From the NCBI GenBank assembly GCA_964016885.1, contig OZ024746.1, positions 12,648,001 through 12,712,000 of the forward strand: DNA of 64,000 bases, written 5' to 3'. The position numbers were made by a program, and so were the translations under genes. This stretch comes from Eledone cirrhosa. Its lineage: Eukaryota. The notes under the pieces are model-generated. The model was not told the origin of the DNA. It saw nothing but the letters and a program-made list of their open reading frames with translations, and did no database searches. Position 1 is the stretch's first letter. Every line of letters starts with the position of its first letter. This document shows positions 1-13,384 of the stretch, one piece after another.

Positions 1-173
1 GTGTTGGTACCATGACAAAAAGCACCTAGCCCAACCTCTAAGTGGTAGTGCTGGTGCCACAATAAAATGCTCAGCATTAGGAAGTATACATATTAGGAAC
101 AAATTTAACAGCAATAACAGTAGAAAAGTTAAATAAAAGAAAATGGTTAAGATATATGTAGATATATGTAGTG

Positions 174-400
174 TGCAAGAGAGAAGACTGTGTTGGTATG
201 GACAAATGATGTGCATGGATGGTGATTGCTGGGTGTAGAAGTGGCAAGAAATCCCAGTGGAATGAAGCCACAGTAGAGGAAGACCAAAGAAAACCTGGGC
301 AGAGATGGTGAGAGCTGATCTCAAATTGCTGAAACTCAGTGGAGATGACAAAAAATCAAAAGCGTGGAAAAAACGGATGTAAAAACGATGATGATGCTGA
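174..400 (+). mobile_element. RTE-clade LINE 3' fragment, degenerate
   Basis: Translates to VQERRLCWYG...RGRPKKTWAEMVRADLK and ends in a (GAT)n tail. Confidence 0.7.
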
Positions 401-433
401 TAAGTATGTAGTTTAGAGGAAAATCCTGCTTAC

Positions 434-611
434 TTGACATGTCGTTCACAGTTAGCTTTAGTGGTGAAAGGGTACTTGCACATTGTACACTGATAAGGTC
501 TTTCGCCATTGTGAGTCCTCATGTGTCTTATCAATGTGCTCTTATCTGGACTTGAGTAATTGCAAGACTTACATTGGTATGGAGACAAACCAAGATGACT
601 TCTTTCATGAC
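434..611 (-). CDS. RREB1: RREB1/hindsight-like exon, end of finger 6 and fingers 7-8; gene continues beyond window start
   Basis: tgttgtag|GT CAT GAA...GTC AA|gtaagc. A+GT gives Ser, completing finger 6 (SHERSH). Encodes [36 protein letters not shown], matching the RREB1/Hnt KANCERH motif. Confidence 0.93.
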
Positions 612-1460
612 CTACAACATAATGGAACAGCCAAAAATTATTAAACTGTTTTTGTGGCAAATAAAAAGAAATTATTATTGTTGCTATTATATAAGTTGAG
701 GAAAATTCAGATTATGTATAAATTTGAATTATACCTAAGATTACTTTAATCTAAATGTTCTCTTCGGAGTGTAACATGAAATAATTAAATCGACAAAATA
801 ATAAGTTGAACTAAAAATAAAATTAAAACTATTTGTTATAGTTTTGAAGTTAATAATTAAGATCACAGGATTGCCATTAACATGTGAGGTATCTCCCTTA
901 ATTTTAGCCCAAGCATTCAGGAAAGACAAAGTAAAGAAATGAATTTAAATTGTTATAAATAATATAAGCAGTTAAGATTAATTTAATAATAACTTTTCAT
1001 ATTGAAATAGCCGAAGAAATAAATCTGAAGTTTCTTTATATGAAACATTTTAAATGCAAGACATATTTTTTTATACAAAAAATATATATAACAGTAAAAA
1101 TGTAATCATTCCATTATTAAATGCAATGAGCAATCTTTCAAATCTCACAAGTGCAATATGTTTTTATGTTGTTGCTTTCTTTTTGGTGTTGCTTTTTCAA
1201 TCACTAATTGAGGCAAACATATCTAGTTACATACATTTTTAAAAAATTGAAGTCTGTGATATATCAAAATAATGGCAAACTAAAATTTACAATAAAAAAT
1301 ATTCTAAAACTTACAGATTAAATTTACAATAGCTACAATTGAAAATTATTTTTAAAAAGACTTTCAATCACTTTTTTACAAAAATAAAGTAAGCGATTTA
1401 TTAAACAATTTCTAATTACTGGCCTTGTGCCTAAAGTAGAAACAGTTGTTTCCACACAGA

Positions 1461-1660
1461 AGGTAGAGCGTCTGCTGCTTTGCGACATAGAGTTACGGCC
1501 CTTTGCGTTCTGAGTTCAAATCCCGCCGAGGTTAGCTTTGCCTTTCATCCTTACGGGGATCAATATAATTAAGTACCAGTAATACACTGGGGTCAATTTA
1601 AACGACTTTCCCCTCCCCCTCAAATTGATGGCCTTGTGCCTATATAAGAAACCATTATTT
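1461..1660 (+). mobile_element. tRNA-derived SINE (dominant family in window)
   Basis: B box GAGTTCAAATCC, central GCCTTTCATCCTTACGGGG..ATAA..AAGTACCAG core (resembles the MetaSINE-type domain, from memory), tail GGCCTTGTGCCTA...(ATT)n. Partial neighbouring copies at about 1414-1445 and 1668-1805. Confidence 0.8.
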
Positions 1661-2028
1661 CCACACAGTGAGTTCAAATATCACCAAGGTCAACTTCACC
1701 TATCATCTTCCCATATAAAGTACCAGTCAAATACTGGTGTTGGTTTAATTAGCTTTCCCATCCCACCAAAATTACTGGCCTTGTACCTAAAGTAGAAATT
1801 ATTATATCCATGCACAATATATTTACCATTGCCCTGTGTGAGTGAAACACGGTCCTCTGACCGATGATAATGATGATGATATCATTTCCTAGCCAAAAAC
1901 ATGATTTAAGTAACATATTTTGATTCCAAACTATTTCAAGTTCAATTTCTCAAAACTTTCTCAAAACTTTTCTCTCTAGATGATGTTTATATATATATAT
2001 ATATATAACCAATCAAACCCCTTTTATA

Positions 2029-2073
2029 GCTCTGACGAATCCTACGGTTACGTAAGGAAGAAACATTGTAAGC
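2029..2073 (+). ncRNA. Type I hammerhead ribozyme motif (second family)
   Basis: GCT CTGACGA A-TCCT-ACG-GTTA-CGT-A-AGGA-A GAAAC ATT GTA AGC: 3-bp stem I, GUA cleavage triplet, A-A mismatch at the base of stem II. Confidence 0.6.
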
Positions 2074-2215
2074 CAATAAAAATCTTTTGATGTTGTAGAC
2101 GCTCTTGTGTTCTTTTTCATATATATATATATATGACCTGTTATTTTTATCTAAAGACATTTTTTCCAATTCCATCCCGCCCGTCCCCTCAATCTATCTT
2201 ATTTCTCATTCTTTC

Positions 2216-2248
2216 TTCTGATGAAGGACTAGCATCCGAAACGTTAAA
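2216..2248 (+). ncRNA. Minimal hammerhead ribozyme motif, Penelope-like pLTR type (third family)
   Basis: CTGATGA-A-GGA-CTAGCA-TCC-GAAACGTTA, with palindromic ACGT stem III. Stem I is very weak. Confidence 0.55.
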
Positions 2249-2944
2249 ACCCTCTTTCTGCTATATCAAGCATTAACCTAATATATCCCTTCCATATACC
2301 GATTGTGTTGTTATTTCTGTTTACCTTTTACATACATATATATATAATATCAGAATATCCTAACTGTCTTAGTTTTACACTTCTCTTATATAAATTACTC
2401 ATTAGTTAAAACAAATCTTTATTTTCTCACAAAGTAAATTGTTGAAAATATGTTGTTTGTTTCCCATTATTTTTCTCCACAGACTTCAATTTTTTTTTTT
2501 TTTGTGAATGATATCCAAACTAAAAATCATGCAGAGTGAAAGACAATAAAAACAGAAAGAAAACGACTACAGCAATGTCATACACTGAGCATACAAATAT
2601 ATATATAAAACAAAGCATTAAACAAAAAAAAAAAAAGAATCAAATTGAAAAGATAAATTATAAGAGGTGAGAAAAAACAATCACAATTGATAAAGTGTAT
2701 TTTTGAAATGAAATTCTTGCTCAAGATGTTAAAACTTTCTATGTGACAGTGCAGTGTTTCTATATAGATATTAAAATGTCATGCCAATCTGTGATATTTT
2801 AACAGATATCACTTTCCACTAAATGCTAAAAATGGTTATTCAGTGAAGATTCATTGTAAAGAATTTCAAAATCAAATTAATTTCCCAGATAGAAATCAAT
2901 GACCAGTCTTTAACTCTTCCTCAGCTGATATTTAAAGGATTTAT

Positions 2945-3147
2945 CATTGTTATTATTATTGTTATTCGTAATGTTTTTTCTCTGGCAGATGTTATACTGA
3001 CACTATACCAAAAGAGCAAAACATAGCCAATGGCCAAAGGTCCTTTGGGTCAGTCCTTATCCTTCAACTTTCCAACACCTTCCTTGCTGTTCCTAGCAAC
3101 ATTGTTTTTTTGCAACAATCCTGTCCTGATGGTAATTCCTAGGTTGC

Positions 3148-3148
<1 letters not shown>
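2945..3148 (-). mobile_element. R4/Dong-like RLE non-LTR retrotransposon 3' fragment
   Basis: Minus strand encodes NLGITIRTGLLQK(fs)TMLLGTARKVLES*, like the LQKxxLLGTARILR C-terminus of this clade. Flanked by (TAA)n, the known Dong target. Confidence 0.55.
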
Positions 3149-3181
<33 letters not shown>

Positions 3182-3255
3182 AAGTACCAGTAATGTACTA
3201 GGTAATTACTGGCCTTGTGCCAAAAGTAGAAACAATTATTATTATTATTATTATA

Positions 3256-3456
3256 GGGCAATGGATTGGCAGTATCGGTAGAGGGTTGGACGCCATGCTT
3301 TGCAGCAAAGAGTTACGTCCCTTTATCGTCTGAGTTCAAATCACGCCCAGGTTAACTTTGCCTTTCATCCTTACGGGGTCGATAAAATAAAGTACCAGTA
3401 ATGCACTGGGTAATTGCTGACCTTGTGCCAAAAGTAGAAATAATTATTACTATTAT
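3256..3456 (+). mobile_element. tRNA-derived SINE, near full length
   Basis: A box TGGCAGTATCGG, B box GAGTTCAAATC, conserved core and (ATT)n tail. Confidence 0.85.
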
Positions 3457-3460
3457 TTCC

Positions 3461-3983
3461 TCTGCCTGGTGGCCATGGCGAAAGAGATTGTGTGGTGGAC
3501 AAGGTTGAAAGGGTTAAAGATAGACACTTTCCTCTTCGGCGAATCCCTGATTAACTTTTTCAAGTTTCACTTGAAGAGGAAATCAGGGTGGAGAGGCAAG
3601 TGCTGCCCTCTAGCAAGTTTGTTGGAAGGTGGGTGAATGTAGCAAGAATGGTCCGAGTGAACAGGACCGCTCTGAATATACGCCTGTAGTTTGAGGAATG
3701 GGAAAAAATTGAGAGAGGGCGTTTGCCCTGGAGGTCAGGGTGGCCGTGGTCTTTTGTATGGTTTTCGCCATGAGTAACCCTCGGAGGTTTCCCCCTATTG
3801 GGGAATTTTTCATTGTTTGAATTTTCATTTTTATTGTTTATATATATATATGTTTCTATGTCTTTTTTCTTTTTCGTTTCTTATATAAATAATAAAAATC
3901 TTTACACGCACAAAACCCACATCGTACCGTCCTGTGCCGTCTGTAATGTTTTTCTTGATGTCAGCCCTTATGACCAATAAAGA
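3461..3983 (+). mobile_element. 5'-truncated L1/Tx1-clade LINE (ORF2 C-terminus plus 3' UTR)
   Basis: Encodes CLVAMAKEIVWWTRLKG...SLINFFKFHLKR(fs)IRVERQVLPSSKFVGRWVNVARM...L*, then AATAAAG. Flanked by an 18/19 identical direct repeat (3442-3460, 3984-4002). Confidence 0.65.
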
Positions 3984-6173
3984 AATTATTATTATTATTT
4001 CCATTGCACATCATTACTGCTTTACCAAGCACAGCTCTGTGCACCTTGGGTATGAGCTGTGTAGTTTTTGCTGATGTTGTTTCTATATTATTATTATTAG
4101 ACTCAGAGGGCAGTGGATTTATAGTATTGGTAAAGCATTGGACAAAATACTTTGTGTTATTTAGTTATGAATTTCTATGTTCTGAGTTCAAATCCCACAG
4201 AGGTCAACTTTGCCATTTATCCTTCCAAGGATGGTAAAATAAAGCATTAGTTATATACTGGGGTCAATATATATATTTTTACAAATAAACCCTTACCCCA
4301 AATTGTTGAATTCTTCCAACATAATTTGATATAAGAACTTTTTGTTTAAGTTATTTTACAATTACAACTTTAATAATGAAACAATAATTATAATATATCC
4401 CCTCCAAATTTTTCTTTATTTAATTGAAATATGGTCATGAAATGGTTAATGTCATTCATTTTTTTCTAAATCAAAACTCAATCATATACCTAATTTTGTA
4501 TTTACTAAGTCAACGTTTTAAGTTTTAGTCTAAGACATATCTTTAAATAGGTTTCTTAGAAATGCCATGCCTAAAGATGTCTGACTTGCTCATGTGCAAT
4601 GCATTAATAAAACAAAATCTGAAATTAAAATATAAAATACAACACGAAGACAACAGAGAAAGAACTACATAAATATAAGACTACATCAATGAATATTCCA
4701 AGTAGTACAGACACATCCTATACGAGAGTGAAATAAGCCATGAAAGAGAGAAATGCAATGACTTTACAAACCATTCTACAAATTCTTGAGATAACGAAAT
4801 GGACACAGCATGGGTGAATGGTTAAGAAGTTTGATTTGCAATCATTAGGTCATGGGTTTGATCCCACTGTGTGGCATCTTAGGTAAATGTCATTTACCAT
4901 AGACTTGGGGTCAACTCATGACTTTTGAATGATATTGGGTAGACAGAAACTGTATGGAAGCCTGTTGGATGGATTGTTCTAATAGTTTAAAACACCAGCT
5001 TTGTCACACACTGTATCACACTAAATCTCTTTGAGAATTACATGCCTGTGGAATACTCAGCCACATATATATTAATTACATGAACAGGTTGTTCCATTGA
5101 TTGAACAACTGGAACAGTCATCACCAAAAAGAGGGGGAGGCCCATTCCATAAGATATCTTAAACATTTAGTATGGTTACTATTTTATATTCTTTAATTAA
5201 AGCATTTCTTGTTCACATGTAAATATATTTATATATTTCCCTGTAAGCATGGAAGATGGACGTTAAACGATGATGATGATGATTATACATAATATTTTAA
5301 TTACTTTACGAAATCTCTTATTTTTATTATTATTATTAACACAGTTACATCACCAAAGATTGAGTATTTGGTTTTATGTGTGATAAATTCTTGGCAATTA
5401 CATCCATTAATTTGTTCTGGAAATTTAACTATGATTAAACCAACCCTTATTAGCAGAGACAGTGGACGTTAAACGATGATGAAGATGATGATGATGATGG
5501 TGATGATAGGTCTTCCATGATTTGTTTACTTTTTCCTTAAGGAATTTTTTTTGTTTGTTTTTGTAATATTGATAAAACCATGCAAGTGTGGTGTATCGGC
5601 CACCTCAACAAACCAAGACAAACTAAAAGAAAGTAATATTTATTTGATTAGATATGAAACTTGGACAAATTATCTTAATATATTTTATAAATGGTTTGTT
5701 AGTAAAGTATTGTGCCACACTGTAACAGACAAAATATACTCCAAACAAAACAACTTAGTGTTAGAACAGGTTTTTTAAATATTCTTTTTGAAATATCACA
5801 CATCTATATTAGTGATTTGAAACTAACTATTGTACATGCTTAGCAAGTGTAACAAGACTGTGGTTTGTGAAAGTAATCTGGTTCTGATTATATGGTATAA
5901 TTATTCTGCTATCTTTACTGGTCTCCAGTAATTTAGCTATATTTATTGTAGTGTACATTGTACCAATAGCTTCAACATGTTAAGTTTACTATGGCGTCAT
6001 TTACCAGCAATGGCACTTCTATTGTAATTACTGGAGTAATATTAATATCTAAATATCTTCACTGTTCTGTGACTATATTCATATAACTAGCATGGTACAT
6101 ATAGTTATGCTAATATCTTTACTGTCGTATCTTTAATTCATAGAACTATATCATACTTATATCTTTTAAAGTG

Positions 6174-6210
<37 letters not shown>

Positions 6211-6699
6211 GATCGACTTTCATCAAATCGGACCGAGGAAACAATGTTTCCATTGGTCTTTCCAATTGCTAATACTATCTATCGGTCGCAACCCCAGGTA
6301 GAAGGAGCAACGTGAAATAAAGTGTCTTGCTCAAGGACATAACACATCGCCTGGTCCAGGAATCTCCCGATTGCGAATCCAGTTCTCAGCCACACACCTT
6401 CACATAAACAGTGTAGAGTGGTTGTGTAGGTAAGGTACCCAGCTGTAGAAACCAAGCCAGAATCAGTTCTATATGAGTAAGACCCCTAATATATAAGTTC
6501 ATTAGTAGATTCAGATCTGGGGCAAAATTAATCTAAATTTTTGTGTTTCTCTTTTCCTCCCAATATTTTCATAGATCTGTGGAGCACCTGTTCACACACA
6601 GGTGCACTAAATATCTCAAAACTACTCAAACACTTTAAATATTCTTATATGCATCAACAAATAGTATACCATATATACCTACATAAGTAGATACACACA

Positions 6700-6710
6700 C
6701 ATTATATATA

Positions 6711-6744
<34 letters not shown>

Positions 6745-6784
6745 CATAAATGCATACATTATATATATATATATATATACATAC

Positions 6785-6815
<31 letters not shown>

Positions 6816-6835
6816 GTATACATAAATGCATACAT

Positions 6836-6867
<32 letters not shown>

Positions 6868-6916
6868 TACATTATATATATATATTATATATATATGTAT
6901 ACATAAATGCATACAT

Positions 6917-6948
<32 letters not shown>

Positions 6949-7305
6949 TACATTATATATATATACATATATACATTATATATATATACATATATATGCA
7001 CATTACATATATATATATACATATATACATATATATATACATATATACATTATATATATATACATATATATGCACATTACATATATATATATACATATAT
7101 ACATATATACATTATATACATATACATATATATGCACATTACATATATATATATACATATATATACACATTACATATATATATATATACATATATATGCA
7201 CATTACATATATATATATATACATATATATACACATTACATATATATATATATACATATATATGCACATTACATATATATATATATACATATATATACAC
7301 ATTAC

Positions 7306-7336
<31 letters not shown>

Positions 7337-7509
7337 TATACACATTACATATATATATATATATATACATATATATACACATTACATATATATATATACA
7401 TATATATACACATTACATATATATATATATATACATATATATACACATTACATATATATATATATATACATATATATACACATTACATATATATATATAT
7501 ACACATTAC

Positions 7510-7546
<37 letters not shown>

Positions 7547-7586
7547 TAATGTATGTATACATATATATACACACACGTGTATATAT
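6700..7586. repeat. Compound (TA)n/CACATTA-interrupted microsatellite
   Basis: Seen directly; the Y/I/H-rich ORFs here are artefacts. Confidence 0.95.
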
Positions 7587-7941
7587 GTTTCTCTACAGAA
7601 ATTAATGAAAAGATACATCATATCATTTAGTGGTATTATTGCACAAATCACAAGAGGAAGTAGTCAAGGCATCTTAAGAGGGAGAGAAGACAAACATATT
7701 ATTTGTTCTAAAATAAATGCACAGAAGAGGAATGGAATGGCAATTTTCACTCTATAAGTACTAGGAAAGGTCCGTACACTTTGATTACCTTCCTGGCTCT
7801 TTCAACCAGAGCCTCTCGATAGAAATCCAACTAGTTGAAGAATTGAAGAAGAATTAAATAGATTAACAATTAAAAATTTCGAAATATAAAAAAAATACAT
7901 ACACACTGACAAAAAAAAGACACAAAACAGAAACATGGCGG

Positions 7942-8572
7942 AATACATGTATGTACACATACAGAATTACACATACATGTACACATACAGAATTACACAT
8001 ACATGTACACATACAGAATTATACATACATGTACACATACAGAATTACACATGTATGTATACATACAGAATTACACATGTATGTACACATACAGAATTAC
8101 ATATACATGTACACATACAGAATTACACATGTATGTACACATACAGAATTACACATACAGAATTACACATGTATGTACACATACAGAATTACACATGTAT
8201 GTACACATGCAGAATTACACATGTATGTATACATACAGAATTACACATGTATGTACACATACAGAATTACACATGTATGTACACATACAGAATTACACAT
8301 GTATGTACACATACAGAATTACACATGTATGTACACATACAGAATTACACATGTATGTACACATACAGAATTACACATGTATGTACACATACAGAATTAC
8401 ACATGTATGTACACATGCAGAATTACACATGTATGTACACATGCAGAATTACACATGTATGTACACATACAGAATTACACATGTATGTACACATACAGAA
8501 TTACACATGTATGTACACATGCAGAATTACACATGTATGTACACATACAGAATTACACATGTATGTATAGAA
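7942..8572. repeat. 26-bp minisatellite ACAGAATTACACATGTATGTACACAT, about 24 copies
   Basis: Direct tandem repeat. Confidence 0.95.
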
Positions 8573-8780
8573 TTCTGGTTTAAAATGTCATTACTTAACT
8601 ACAATAATCTCAATGTTGTATAATGCTATCGAATTATTTTCTTTGTAACATTATTTAGAAAGAAGATATATAAGACCATGAAAATGACAGCACAATATAA
8701 TAATCTAGATATTTATTGTTGTTGTTATTATTATTATTGGCCTTATGCCTAAATCAGAAACCTTTATTATTATTATTATT

Positions 8781-8982
8781 GGTGGTAGTAGATTGACAGT
8801 AAATGGTAGAGTGTAGGACAGAGTTTCTGAGTTCAAATTCCACCGAGGTTAACTTTGCCTTTCATCCTTACAGCGTCTATAAAATAAAGTACCAGTAATG
8901 CACTGAGTCGATTTAATCGTCTTTCCTCTCCCCCAAAATTGCTGGTCTTGTGCCTATATAAGAAACCATTATTATTATTATT
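8781..8982 (+). mobile_element. tRNA-derived SINE
   Basis: Same B box, core and tail as 3256-3456. Confidence 0.8.
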
Positions 8983-9791
8983 AACAGCAGCAGCTGTAAT
9001 AGCACTGCTGTATTGTCATCTGTAGTTGGAACTTTGAATTTGATTATATCACATTGCTGGCAAAAAGATTTTGTTAATTCCCCTCAAACATTTCTAAAAG
9101 GAATTGAAGATTATAAAGTAAAATTAGAGATGTTTTCTCAACCAGAATTTGTAAAAGACATTGCAGTTGAGAATTATCCACCAATTTCAATCAGTCAAGA
9201 ATGATATTAATTCTTAAAAGTGTCCAGTCAGGAATTATGAGGAAAATCATAATTCTAATATCCATAGTTTCTAAAGTATACAAAAAGAAGTTAAACAATG
9301 TTGTGTTATGTGTTTATGGCTGTCAATTGATAATTGATGAGAAACAGATCCTGTAGAAGTAGTTTGATTGGTCTTGTCACAGTCACCATATCCCTCACAA
9401 AGATAGACTCTGATTGGTCTTATCCCTCACAAATAATGACATGGTGGATACTCAAGGTACTGAACATTGTTTCATGACATATTTATCATATCCTTAGATG
9501 ACAGCATACTATATTCATAAACATCAAAGTGGCAGTAGACTCTATTTATAAACAGTGCAGAAAATAGGAATCATAGAAATAATACTTAGGAGTATTAGAA
9601 GTACATGGAGAATACATGCCACTGGCATATATATAAACAGCACTGTATCTAGTACAGTATATTTGTATATTAACATTATAAATAGTAAATAAAGGATATA
9701 ATTAGACATTTTTATATACCCCCAAAAATACCATCTCAATAGTTTCAACTTGTTTTGTTGCAAGAAAAATAATAAAATGAAATTTTCTTAC

Positions 9792-10548
9792 TTTTGGCAG
9801 CCCTTGTGTTTGGAAATATCTGGTTGCAATAGGTACATGACTTCTTCTTAGTGGATAAATTTGTTGCCTTTCCTTGTGCATTACTGGAGAGACCATCTTT
9901 AGATTGACTCGTATTATTTTCACTCAATAAGCTGGAATCTCCAAAATCTTTTTGAGAATTTACATCTTCCAATGAAATTTTTGGAGATTCCAAACCTGGC
10001 AGTTGACCTTCAGAGTTGCTACGTTTATTTACAGGTGCAATTTCATTGGCACCGATTTCAGATTGTGGAGAAACAGACCGAGTGCCTGAGCATGAAGTAA
10101 GATTCAAAGACTTCATGAATGCTCTCTGGCATTCTTTCCCTCGATCTTGATGATAATAGAGGTTATGTTGCTTAAACTCATCTGTAGAATTAAAAGTGAT
10201 GTTACAAGTTGAGCATGAGGTTGGTTCATCTGTGAAATGACTTTGATAGTGCAAGTCCAATTCTGTCTGACATGGAAAGGTATTTGAGCACTGACTGCAA
10301 CTGTATTTATTCTGGGGACTTTTCTGTTGAACAATACACGTTAAGGGAAATGAGTGCGTCGAAACATTGATGTCAAGTGAAGAATTTTCATAAGGATCTC
10401 CAAATTCCTCTCTATGAACATTTTCAAGCAGCCTTAATGAAGGGTTAGACTTCTTTTGGGAAAGATCCTGTGGAGCATCTTGGGTAGGTTGAGTCGATGA
10501 CACAATTGAATTATTGGGTGGACTTAATGAATTTGGCTTGACTTTTTT
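9792..10548 (-). CDS. RREB1: RREB1/hindsight-like exon, fingers 4-5 and first half of finger 6
   Basis: ttttttcag|AAA AAA GTC...GCC AAA A|gtaaga. 757 nt, phase 0/1. Encodes a PQDLS motif (CtBP-binding PxDLS), CSQC..HYQSH, CSTC..HNLYYH and CTYCNQIFPNTRAAK. Confidence 0.9.
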
Positions 10549-11231
10549 CTGAAAAAAATATTTGAAAAAATAAACAAAAAATATTTAATTACTTATATCA
10601 TCAAAAATACAATATGAACATTTTACACAGAAACCAGAAACATTTCAATATATTATAGGAATTATTAATACATAAATATACTAAAAAAGGAGGCATTAGA
10701 ATGGTGGATAGAATTTTTTGTTGCATTAGTTCTGGCTCTCTGCAATCAGAGTTCTATTCTTGCTAAGAGCAACTTTGCCTTTCATCCTTTCATACTTAGT
10801 TCAGTACAATTCTCTCTCTCTCTCTCAAGAAATCAGCTGTATTTAGACCTGGAGAGGGATGGGCTACACTAGGTTTAAAATGTCATCCATCAGAAGTCAC
10901 AGGTCCATACATAGCAAAAATGAAATATCTTAACAATAAAGCAGTCTTGATTTCATAGATATAGTATCTTCAACATTTAATCAAGTTTAGGTGCAGTAGA
11001 ACCAATGTGAACCAATTAACCCTTTGTCAAAAATTAATGGGTTCTTGATAACAAAACGTTTCACAAAGAAAACTTTAATATAAGAAAGCAAAGATCTCAA
11101 ATAATGAAAGATTGCAGAAGAAATTGTAAAAACAAAAACACTTTATAAGAATGATTACTCCGTATATACACCAAACCTATTCTAACATATAGATCTTTCA
11201 ATAGACTGAAGTGTTATTAAATGCCATAATT

Positions 11232-11448
11232 CAGCTATGTCAAACATGTGGCCTGCGAGCCGCATGTGGCCCTTTACAAGCACATCTGCGGTCCGCACAA
11301 AGGTTTGTACAGCACAAGCATGTTTTATCTTCGTAATATAAATTTTTTTTTAATTAGTTGTAATGTGCGCAATTAGTTGTCATGTGTGGCCCTCAGACAA
11401 CACATGTGACCCATGTGGCCCTCGGGCGACCTCAGTTTGACATGCCTG
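11232..11448. mobile_element. hAT-type MITE
   Basis: TIRs CAGCTATGTCAAAC / GTTTGACATGCCTG, subterminal ATGTGGCCC repeats, 8-bp TSD CCATAATT / CCATAACT (7/8). Confidence 0.75.
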
Positions 11449-11607
11449 CCATAACTCATATTATCTGGAATTCACCAATACTGCCATTCCCCCCACAGTA
11501 GTCTTCTGTGCTGCCTTTCCACACTAAATGACTACATAATAAAAATAATTAAACAATTGTAGGGTAAAGGTCACAGGAGTGAGAAAAGAACCAAAAGAAA
11601 TACATAC

Positions 11608-11855
11608 ATCTACATGTTGTAATTCCATCCAAGGTTGAACTTCAGCATTTAATTCGTTTAACTTCTCAGAAGTAAGGATATTATTGGCATTCTTTCCTCC
11701 ATAAGCTCCAACACGAGAACTGAGTCCTTTCTGCTTAGGTTTTAAATATGTTCGTTTTGTCTCATTCTTCTTCTCGTGAGTGCGCATGTGTCTGTGCATG
11801 TTCCCATTTGTAGTAAAAGACTGGGTGCAAATGTTACAAGAAAAAGGTTTTTCTC
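11608..11855 (-). CDS. RREB1: RREB1/hindsight-like exon, C2H2 finger 3
   Basis: ttttgtag|GA GAA AAA CCT...GTA GAT|gtatgt. Encodes [27 protein letters not shown] (RREB1/Hnt motif [11 protein letters not shown]). 248 nt, phase 1/0. Confidence 0.93.
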
Positions 11856-12034
11856 CTACAAAAGATATCAGAAATACATTTTGGTACCATGGTTAAAAAT
11901 CATATATCAAATTTAGATAGCTCTGTGCTGAAACCTGGGATGCTAAACAAATGATTTATACCCCCAACCTAAGTCCTCCAAACTTCTAAATGCATACAGA
12001 TAAAATTATATGAAAACAAATCCCATTATTTTTA

Positions 12035-12240
12035 TCGGTAGAGCATCAGACAACATGGTTTGCAGCATAGGAGTTACGGCCCTTTGCGTTCTGAGTTCAA
12101 ATCCCGCCGAGGTTAACTTTGCCTTTCATCCTTTAGAGGTTGATAAAATAAATCACCAGTAATGCACTGAGGTCGATTTAATCAACTTTCCCCTCCCCTA
12201 CAAATTGCTGGCCTTGTGCCTAAATAAGAAACCATTATTT
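12035..12240 (+). mobile_element. tRNA-derived SINE
   Basis: Same family core and tail. Confidence 0.85.
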
Positions 12241-12242
12241 TA

Positions 12243-12578
12243 AACAATAAGATCATAAAGCATGGCTTCGATATCGCATGCTTCCCTTCCCAGCTTGAGC
12301 CAGCGAGACTGGACCAAAGGGACAATAAAAGGCCAGATGGCATGACAATCTTCCCATTCTGTGGTGGTAGCTCCCTCATCTGTAATACTACATGTTGCAA
12401 CACCTCCAGCACCAACCTAGTGCTACGCTGCTCGTCAGGTTAAAGAGGGGAAAATGTCAAAGTATTGGTCACTCTCTGATAGGTTTGTGATCAAAACTGT
12501 GGCAGTGTTGACTTCTGGCATTCATGGCCCCAGACCACATCCTTAGTCACTGCTATCAGGGTAGAGTTGGCTACCCCC
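12243..12578 (+). mobile_element. CRE-clade-like non-LTR retrotransposon fragment (RLE endonuclease region), degenerate
   Basis: Encodes NKIIKHGFDIACFPSQLEPARLDQRDNKRPDGMTIFPF (RPDG motif), then KMSKYWSLSDRF. Homologous to 21255-21557. Confidence 0.7.
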
Positions 12579-13384
12579 AAGTCCTCCCACTCACTCCATT
12601 TTTGCCACTAGGACCACGACGCTGATTGACCTTTAAACAGTGAGATGTTAAACATGTTTAAAGAAAGGTTTATGTCACCTGAGCACTGTTCACAATAATT
12701 CCTGAATGCATTTTATAAAAACATTAAAAGCTACATAACACACAACATACCAACTTCTGCATCCATTTGTAGAAACGTACATAACACTGCTTATTCTAAG
12801 ACGAATAATTCTTATATTCAATTCATTTAAAATAACAGAGAAAAGAAACTAGTTACATAACCTAGTTTACACAATGTTTGCGTGTGTGTGTGTGTGGTTA
12901 TTAAGAAGGTACGTAACTCCAATAAACAATTTTCTTTATTACCAAGAATATGTAGTTACCTCCCTTGCAAAATACCGGCTATATCAATAGTATGGGAATT
13001 ATTTACCCAATAGCTCTTTTTTCCTCGATAATAAACACTTATCGACCTTGTCATATATACATGCTTCAAGTGTGCCAGATGCAGGAACAGGAGCAGTTAT
13101 TGTTGTTTAGTTCCAGGACAAAAATGATCAACAGACATAATCAAAGACGTTCCATCCGTGACACTACCGTAGTATATTCACAACTAGTTGGCATTTTATT
13201 TATTTGGAATGATGTTATTTAAAATTTTACACACATGGACAGCGCTGTAACTCTTAACATCCTGTAAATATTTAGTAGAATATATCTAAAAACAGGATAA
13301 TAATATTTATTATTATTATCATTTAAAAACAAGATTGTTAATTCAAACGTTTATAAGTTCTGAAGTTTCCCTACATACACTTAC

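Noticed and set aside
3256-3350. tRNA genes suggested by A and B boxes
   Set aside because: The boxes are followed by the SINE core and (ATT)n tail in many diverged copies, and no cloverleaf was found: SINE heads.
6750-8623. Long Y/I/H/T-rich ORFs
   Set aside because: Translations of TA microsatellite and the 26-bp minisatellite.
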